Made by a program: the position numbers and the translations under genes. From an uncultured bacterium (GTDB taxonomy: Bacteria; Zixibacteria; MSB-5A5; CAIYYT01): DNA of 64,000 bases. The notes under the pieces were generated by a model. The model saw only the letters and a list, made by a program, of their open reading frames with translations. It was not told the origin of the DNA and made no database searches. This document shows positions 58,129 through 64,000 of the stretch, piece after piece; positions within the stretch are counted from its first letter, which is position 1, and each line of letters opens with the position of its first letter. The stretch is from assembly GCA_963726455.1 (NCBI GenBank), contig CAVSCK010000005.1, positions 192,001 to 256,000 of the forward strand, in the 5' to 3' direction.

Positions 58129-58696
58129 ATGGTGGCAATCTTTGCAAAGAAGGAGGCACAACCTGCGACCGAAACGCAACTTGCAGAACTTTACGTGAGT
58201 GGCGAAAAGACGGTCTACAAGCAGGTCGACCGCTGGATCAGCCAGGTGACCAACCTTTCTGTCTGGCATTTTATCGATGACGTCGAGGATGTCAACTGCG
58301 TGGTGCATCTCAAGCTGTTTTCAGGACTTAGGACCGGGCGCTTTCGCGGGGAATCGACGTTTCGCACCTATGTTCAGCGGATTACGCGATACACCTGCAT
58401 CGATCAGGTTAGAAGCCAACGGGTTGAGCGCGAGGTCGATCCCGGCGATCTGCCTATGCCGTCAGAAGAGCTGGCGACCGGATGAGATTCAGGAGCAGGC
58501 CGAGGAACGAAAGATTTTCCTGAGAATTTTCCGTGCGATCGGTCCGGAATGCCAGAAAATATGGCGGTTAGTGTTCTCCGAGTCGTTGAACTACAAGGAG
58601 ATAGGCGAGAAACTGCGACTGCCTGAGGGTACCGTCAAACGCAAGGTACATGAGTGCAAGAAGATGGCGATAGAGTTGAAAGAGAAGCTGATTTAG
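58129..58696 (+). CDS. ECF sigma factor, split by a frameshift at about 58475
   Basis: Region 2 FRGESTFRTYVQRITRYTCID; region 4 LNYKEIGEKLRLPEGTVKRK in the next frame. Confidence 0.85.
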
Positions 58697-58748
58697 TTGA
58701 ACCGTCGGTATCCTGAAGCGACAGTATGGTCGAAAGGAGACCTCTGCC

Positions 58749-59631
58749 ATGAGCCAGAATGAGAATGTAAGCGACCTGATTCCGCTCCTTGTTCAGGGCA
58801 AACTCGCCGAGTCGGAACAGAAGGCGGTTCTTGATCAAATCAGCCGATCGCCCGAATTGCAGCAGGAGTATGAGCTCTGGCAAGGAATCTATAGTATTCG
58901 CCGGGAGCTCGTGCGGTTTGATGCATCCGAGCATCCGTTGCCGGAGACTCTTGACCGATTCGCACAGGAAAAGATCAACAAACTCAGCGGGGAATATTCC
59001 GAAATCGCCGCGCATCTGCAAAGTTGTCCGTCGTGCACAGAGGATGTTGAGCTTATTGCGTCAGGCAATCAAACAAATCCCCGAGGAAGCGTTGAAGACA
59101 GCGCCACAATCCAGCGGCGCCTGGTTGCAGTCGATATTCGGAATGCGTGCGCCACGAATGAGAGCGCTGGCTCCGGTGCTGTCGTTCCTGGTGATCGTGA
59201 TCGGACTCTTCCTGATCTTCCAAAGAACCGGCGAACAGGGCGACATCGCGACGATCCTGCTCAAACCGCAGTTCGAGAAACGTAGCGTGACCGATACTCG
59301 CCACGTCCCGGAGATGCAGGTATTTCTAAAGCAGAGCACCAGCAAAGTGATATTCGAATTCTCGACCGACCGCCTTGAGGTTCCGGAGTACAAGTACGTT
59401 ATCGATCTGACCCCGCGCGCCGGAAGCTCGATGGCGCTGAGCACATCCGATGTTGCCTGCACTACGACGCAATTGACGAACCAGTGCGAATTGACAGTGA
59501 CTGACGCTGGTGTGTTGAATCAACTCAAGCAGGGTGGTAGTTTTTCGCTGTCGATTAAAGAGCAGTTCCCGACGGGTGTACAGCTGGAACCGGCGGAATA
59601 CGAATACTATTTCCGAGTTACGTTGAAATAG
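58749..59631 (+). CDS. zf-HC2 transmembrane anti-sigma factor, frameshift at about 59057
   Basis: AAHLQSCPSC; TM LAPVLSFLVIVIGLFLIF in the second frame; follows the ECF gene. Confidence 0.8.
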
Positions 59632-59787
59632 ACTCGCTACTTACTCAGTCCTATTCTTGACCAGCCAAGAGCATTCCCTCACAGTTGACGTGAAACCGCG
59701 ATCGCTTTTACGGCGCCGCTCCAGATCATGATCTTGCGAATCGGTTTGCAGGTTAGTTAGGATGGAAGCAGTAAGCACTCGAATTAG

Positions 59788-60660
59788 CTACTGCCGCTCG
59801 CTGTAGAATTTCCGCAGGATAGCCAGGTTCTTCTTGTCGGAATCGTAGTTCTCCCCCTCCTTCGGGGTTTCGAGGAGCTTGGGGATATTGTCCAGCCGTT
59901 CGTCCTGCATGATGAACTTAAACGCATCTTTGCCGATTTCGCCATTGCCAATGTGGGTATGGCGATCGACGCGCGAGCCGAGGGGTTTGATCGAGTCGTT
60001 GAGATGGATGACCCTGAGATATTTGAAACCGATTGTCTTCTTGAAAGCAGCCAGCGTGGCTTCATAGGTGTCCTGCGTGCGAATGTCGTATCCGGCGGCG
60101 AAAATATGGCAGGTATCGACACACACGCTGATGCGATTCTTGTTCTCGACGCCGTCAATCATAGCCGCGATCTGCTCGAATTTGAATCCCAAATGCGAAC
60201 CCTGGCCGGCAGTACATTCGAGGGCGATGCGGGTCTTGGCATCAGGTGTCTTGTCGGTGCAGTGGTTGAGCGATGCGATAATCTTCTTCATCCCGTATTC
60301 TTCGCCCTGATCGAGCGGCGAGCCGGGGTGCAGCACGAGATCGGCAATCTTAAGTTTATCCGCACGCTCTATTTCCTCGATCAACCCCGCAAGCGAACGC
60401 TGATAGATGCCGTCATCCGGCGCGGCGATGTTGATGAGATATCCGGTATGCGCGACCACAGGTGAGATACCGGATTCCTTTTGCGCCGCGAGAAACGTCT
60501 CGGCGTCCTCGTCGGAAATATGCTTGGCTTTCCACTGGTTGGAATTCCGCGTGAATATTTGCAGCGCCGTGCAGCCGGTATTGACGCCATGCTCGATGGC
60601 ATTCTGCAGGCCGCCCGATATTGACATGTGCGCCCCCAGCAGGAGTCTACCTTTAGCCAT
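59788..60660 (-). CDS. nfo: Endonuclease IV
   Basis: LGAHMSISGG, HTGYLIN, LHPGS, ECTAGQG, DTCH, HLNDS, DRHTHIG, LETP. Confidence 0.95.
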   Translation of the reverse strand: MAKGRLLLGAHMSISGGLQNAIEHGVNTGCTALQIFTRNSNQWKAKHISDEDAETFLAAQKESGISPVVAHTGYLINIAAPDDGIYQRSLAGLIEEIERADKLKIADLVLHPGSPLDQGEEYGMKKIIASLNHCTDKTPDAKTRIALECTAGQGSHLGFKFEQIAAMIDGVENKNRISVCVDTCHIFAAGYDIRTQDTYEATLAAFKKTIGFKYLRVIHLNDSIKPLGSRVDRHTHIGNGEIGKDAFKFIMQDERLDNIPKLLETPKEGENYDSDKKNLAILRKFYSERQ

Positions 60661-60748
60661 TATTTGCGTCCCTCTTTCACTCTTATCAAGACTCTTCACC
60701 GCCATGATATTGGTACGTCGAATCCGCGCAGTTCGCAGCCCGGATGAA

Positions 60749-62218
60749 TCACTTCTTGGCGGAAGGATCCTTGAGGTCTTCCTCGATTCCGGCCAACCGT
60801 TTGGCGACGGCGACGGATTTTTCCATTTCGGACGACAACCGGATAAACATCTTGGCGCCATCCGGTGAACCACCGCCATGCATGCAGCCGGGCACGCCGG
60901 CGCCCATCGTCGTCCATTCAACCAATCGCGCAGCACGAGCGCGCGTCTCGGCGGAGGCCGCGGCCTTCATGTATTTCCTGATCAGGTGACCGTAGGTCTC
61001 GTCGTTGAAGTCAACGTAAGACGGCATACAGCCGGTCTCGGCTATTCCACCGGCAATATCCTGCGCGATAATCGAGGTTTCATAAGGTAGCTTGGCCACA
61101 TGCACCTTGTTCACATTCGATAGCAGCATGTCGGGCATCCAGACTCCGGACGGATGTTTCTTGCCCAGCGCCGCCGCGGCAATGCCAACACCATAAGTGG
61201 TTTCATTGTTGACGACCATTTGGGTCAGGCGGTCGGCGAACACCTTCGATGACAGTCCGTTGGCACGCGCGGTCAGAACGGCGGCGCCAAGTTTAATGTC
61301 ACCCTGTCCGGCCACGCAACCGCCGATGGCGGCGCGATACGGCAGAATGAAATTGACAACGGCCTCGCCCGTGAACGCAAATTCACCCGCCATAAATACT
61401 CTCTCATTTGGAATAAAGACGTTCTCGAAGAACAGATATGCCTGTGTGATGCCACCGCTCTTGACGGGAACGTCGAACGATTCCGGAGCTTCTTCCTCGC
61501 GGGTATCGTTCGGGTGGCGGGCCTCGACGATTGTCAGGCCGTCGATGTCACGCGGGATCACGCACGAGACAGACCAGTCGGTATCCTCTTCCTTGTAGCT
61601 GCTGCCCGGCAGAATGAATATCTCATTGGCGGCGGCAATACCGCAAATCATCACTTTGGCGCCTCGCACGACTATACCATCCATGCGGCTCTCGACAATG
61701 CGCAGATTCATGTCGGGATCATCCTGCTGCGACGGTTTGCGCATACGGTCGCCTTTGGGATCGGTCAGCGCACCGGCAATAGTGATGTCGCGTTCCTGCG
61801 CAGATATAAGCCACTTCTTCATGCGGTCATGGTAACTCGTTCCCAGTTTTTGATCCATGTCATAGGTTGTCGCCCAGAGTGAATTGATCGCCGCCCAACC
61901 CGCGCAACGACCGCCGGTGCAGGTGCCGCTCCGATGGAACATCATTCGCTTCATTTTCGAGTTGGCAATCTGTTCTTCCAGAGAAGTGATAATCGACAGA
62001 TAACGGGAAATCGGCTCACCGGTCAGATGAGACTTGGTCGTCACCATGTCCTTCACTTCGGGGTCGTGCTGGGCGCTGTAGATTTGCGCATGCCCCTCGA
62101 CTGTCCAGCGCGTCGCCGGATGTGTGGTAACATCGGCAATCAGTTTACCGAACTTGTGGATGTTAGGGCGCATTGCGCGCAGACTCTGTTTGTATTCATC
62201 AGCGGTCTTTAGTGACAT
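60749..62218 (-). CDS. 4-hydroxybutyryl-CoA dehydratase (AbfD)/HpaB-family flavoprotein, atypical variant
   Basis: GTCTGGRC, GALTDPKGDR, GIVVRGAK, FENVFIPNERVFMAGE, QDIAGG, MHGGGSP. Confidence 0.85.
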   Translation of the reverse strand: MSLKTADEYKQSLRAMRPNIHKFGKLIADVTTHPATRWTVEGHAQIYSAQHDPEVKDMVTTKSHLTGEPISRYLSIITSLEEQIANSKMKRMMFHRSGTCTGGRCAGWAAINSLWATTYDMDQKLGTSYHDRMKKWLISAQERDITIAGALTDPKGDRMRKPSQQDDPDMNLRIVESRMDGIVVRGAKVMICGIAAANEIFILPGSSYKEEDTDWSVSCVIPRDIDGLTIVEARHPNDTREEEAPESFDVPVKSGGITQAYLFFENVFIPNERVFMAGEFAFTGEAVVNFILPYRAAIGGCVAGQGDIKLGAAVLTARANGLSSKVFADRLTQMVVNNETTYGVGIAAAALGKKHPSGVWMPDMLLSNVNKVHVAKLPYETSIIAQDIAGGIAETGCMPSYVDFNDETYGHLIRKYMKAAASAETRARAARLVEWTTMGAGVPGCMHGGGSPDGAKMFIRLSSEMEKSVAVAKRLAGIEEDLKDPSAKK

Positions 62219-62437
62219 GGGATCCTCCGGGCCAGAGCGGTAGTCATCGACAGATAATATACTAAACTTGTACCCGTAGGGGGGCGGCTTTTTTCCGGCT
62301 TACGATGCCGGGCATCCTACACAAACTACGTCAAACACGGCTCAATCGGGACTTCAATTCCCTTGCCAAGCGGACGGTTCGGGCTTACCTTATTGTGACA
62401 TCCGTCACAAGCGGGGCAACGACTGGAGACGAACGAA

Positions 62438-63850
62438 ATGAAGTTGGAACAAATTCAAAAGCTGGCAAAAGATAAAGGGGTTGAGTTCCTCGACCTGAAG
62501 TTTTGCGATCTGGTCGGGTCATGGCACCACGTGACCTTGCCGATTGATTCGCTGGAACCGAAGTTGTTTGAATCGGGCGTGGGCGTTGACGGCTCGTCAC
62601 TTTCGGGGTTTGCCTCGATCAAGCGCGGAGACATGATCATGATTCCGGATGCCACGACCGCGTTTATCGATCCGTTCTTTGAACGTCCGACGATTTCACT
62701 GCTTGGCAATATCATGGATGTCGACGAAATCGCCGAGCCATTCACTCGCGATCCACGGAGGGTTGCTGCGGCGGCTGAAAGCTTTGTCGGCAAGAACGTC
62801 AAGGGTTCGGTGCCAATTTTCGGGCCGGAGTTCGAGTTCTATCTGTTCGACCGCGTTGTTTACGACCAGCAGCCACAGAGTTCATATTACCAGATCGTCT
62901 CCGAAGAAGGCGGCTGGGTCGAGCCGGGCGAGGCCGACCAACTGGGTTACAAGATCGGCCATAAGCGGGGCTATCACGCGGCGCCACCGTACGACCGCAC
63001 CTATAATCTCCGCAATCAGATCGCGTCAATGTTGGCTGAAGCCGGCGTGGCGGTGAAATATCATCATCACGAGGTCGGAGGCGCCGGGCAGTATGAGTTC
63101 GAGGTTCGGTTTGCACCGCTTCTGAAAATGGCCGACCAGAGCATGCTGGTGAAATATATTGTCAAGAACGCCTGCTTCCGTGACGGGAAGACCGTGACGT
63201 TCATGCCCAAACCGCTGTATAACGAACCGGGTTCCGGCTTGCACGTGCATCACTATCTGACTTCCGCGACCGGCTCGCTGTTTTACGAAAAGAACGGTGC
63301 GCATCGTTTCTCGAAAGAAGGCCTGTATTACATGGGCGGACTGCTCAAGCACGTCGATTCGATTCTGGCATTCACCAATCCATCGTCGAATTCTTACAAG
63401 CGGCTGGTGCCCGGATTTGAGGCGCCGGTAGCAGGTACATTCTCGGTCGGCAACCGCACTGCCTGTATTCGGATACCGGGATATCAGCGCGACCCGAAAA
63501 CCATGCGTTTTGAATTCAGGCCTCCGGATGCCACAATGAATCCGTACCTGGCATTCGCGGCAATTGTCATGGCGGGAGTTGACGGCATCAAGCACAAGAT
63601 CGACCCCGGACCGGCGCTTGACAAGAATCTGGATCAGCTTTCAGAATCCGAGCTGGCAAAGCTGCACCAACTTCCGACATCTTTGGATGCCGCACTGAAT
63701 GGGCTCGAGAAAGACAACAAATACCTGCTGGAATCGGGTGTATTTACAGAAGACTTGCTCGAAAACTGGCTGATTCAGAAGCGCCGCGAGCTTGATACAC
63801 TCCGCCGCCAGCCGACTCCCGGCGAGTACGAGTTGTACTACGGCTGCTAG
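62438..63850 (+). CDS. glnA: Glutamine synthetase type I
   Basis: DGSS, GPEFEFY, HHHEVG, TFMPKP, SYKRLVPGFEAP, NRTACIRIP, RFEFRPPD, NPYLAFAA. Confidence 0.97.
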   Translation: MKLEQIQKLAKDKGVEFLDLKFCDLVGSWHHVTLPIDSLEPKLFESGVGVDGSSLSGFASIKRGDMIMIPDATTAFIDPFFERPTISLLGNIMDVDEIAEPFTRDPRRVAAAAESFVGKNVKGSVPIFGPEFEFYLFDRVVYDQQPQSSYYQIVSEEGGWVEPGEADQLGYKIGHKRGYHAAPPYDRTYNLRNQIASMLAEAGVAVKYHHHEVGGAGQYEFEVRFAPLLKMADQSMLVKYIVKNACFRDGKTVTFMPKPLYNEPGSGLHVHHYLTSATGSLFYEKNGAHRFSKEGLYYMGGLLKHVDSILAFTNPSSNSYKRLVPGFEAPVAGTFSVGNRTACIRIPGYQRDPKTMRFEFRPPDATMNPYLAFAAIVMAGVDGIKHKIDPGPALDKNLDQLSESELAKLHQLPTSLDAALNGLEKDNKYLLESGVFTEDLLENWLIQKRRELDTLRRQPTPGEYELYYGC

Positions 63851-64000
63851 CGGCATTGCTTCCTTGCTTATCCACCGGCTACCCGACCACCTTGCGCTCT
63901 TCTCACGGATGCCAGTTGGCCTATTATGCGTTCTAAGGAAATAATCTGGTACGAAGTAGGACGGGAATTGCATAGATTGATGTTTGACTATGCCGGAAGA

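Overview
Bacterial DNA, probably candidate phylum Zixibacteria (inferred only from the many Cys-flanked dockerin-tailed secreted proteins and the gene content). 17-64 kb is mostly core or semi-core: nagD-like HAD, VOC pair, NarL/HisKA_3 pair, pheA, tRNA-Gln, spoVG, ispE, Wzi, tricorn protease, pilin, pcrA, mutM, Ser/Thr kinase, iscA-fdx-FNR, lptFG, ECF/anti-sigma, nfo, an AbfD-like dehydratase and glnA, interspersed with dockerin/cohesin-like proteins. The first 17 kb is an apparently undescribed regulatory island. A central sigma70-driven pair (small secreted pro-peptide plus a TPR-AAA+-HTH sigma54 activator) is flanked by six outward-facing cassettes. Each cassette carries a -24/-12 sigma54 promoter; five have a shared 26-bp box with tandem TTCGCGAA palindromes upstream, and five have a short leader peptide with a R/K-x-P-P (RAPP-like ribosome-arrest) motif. 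The cargo varies: lipoprotein plus dockerin-tailed protease pairs on the left, and lipoproteins with Cys-rich bacteriocin-like tails plus small membrane (immunity-like) proteins on the right. Several genes are split by single-base indels that may be assembly errors. No CRISPR, reverse transcriptase, integrase or transposase was seen.
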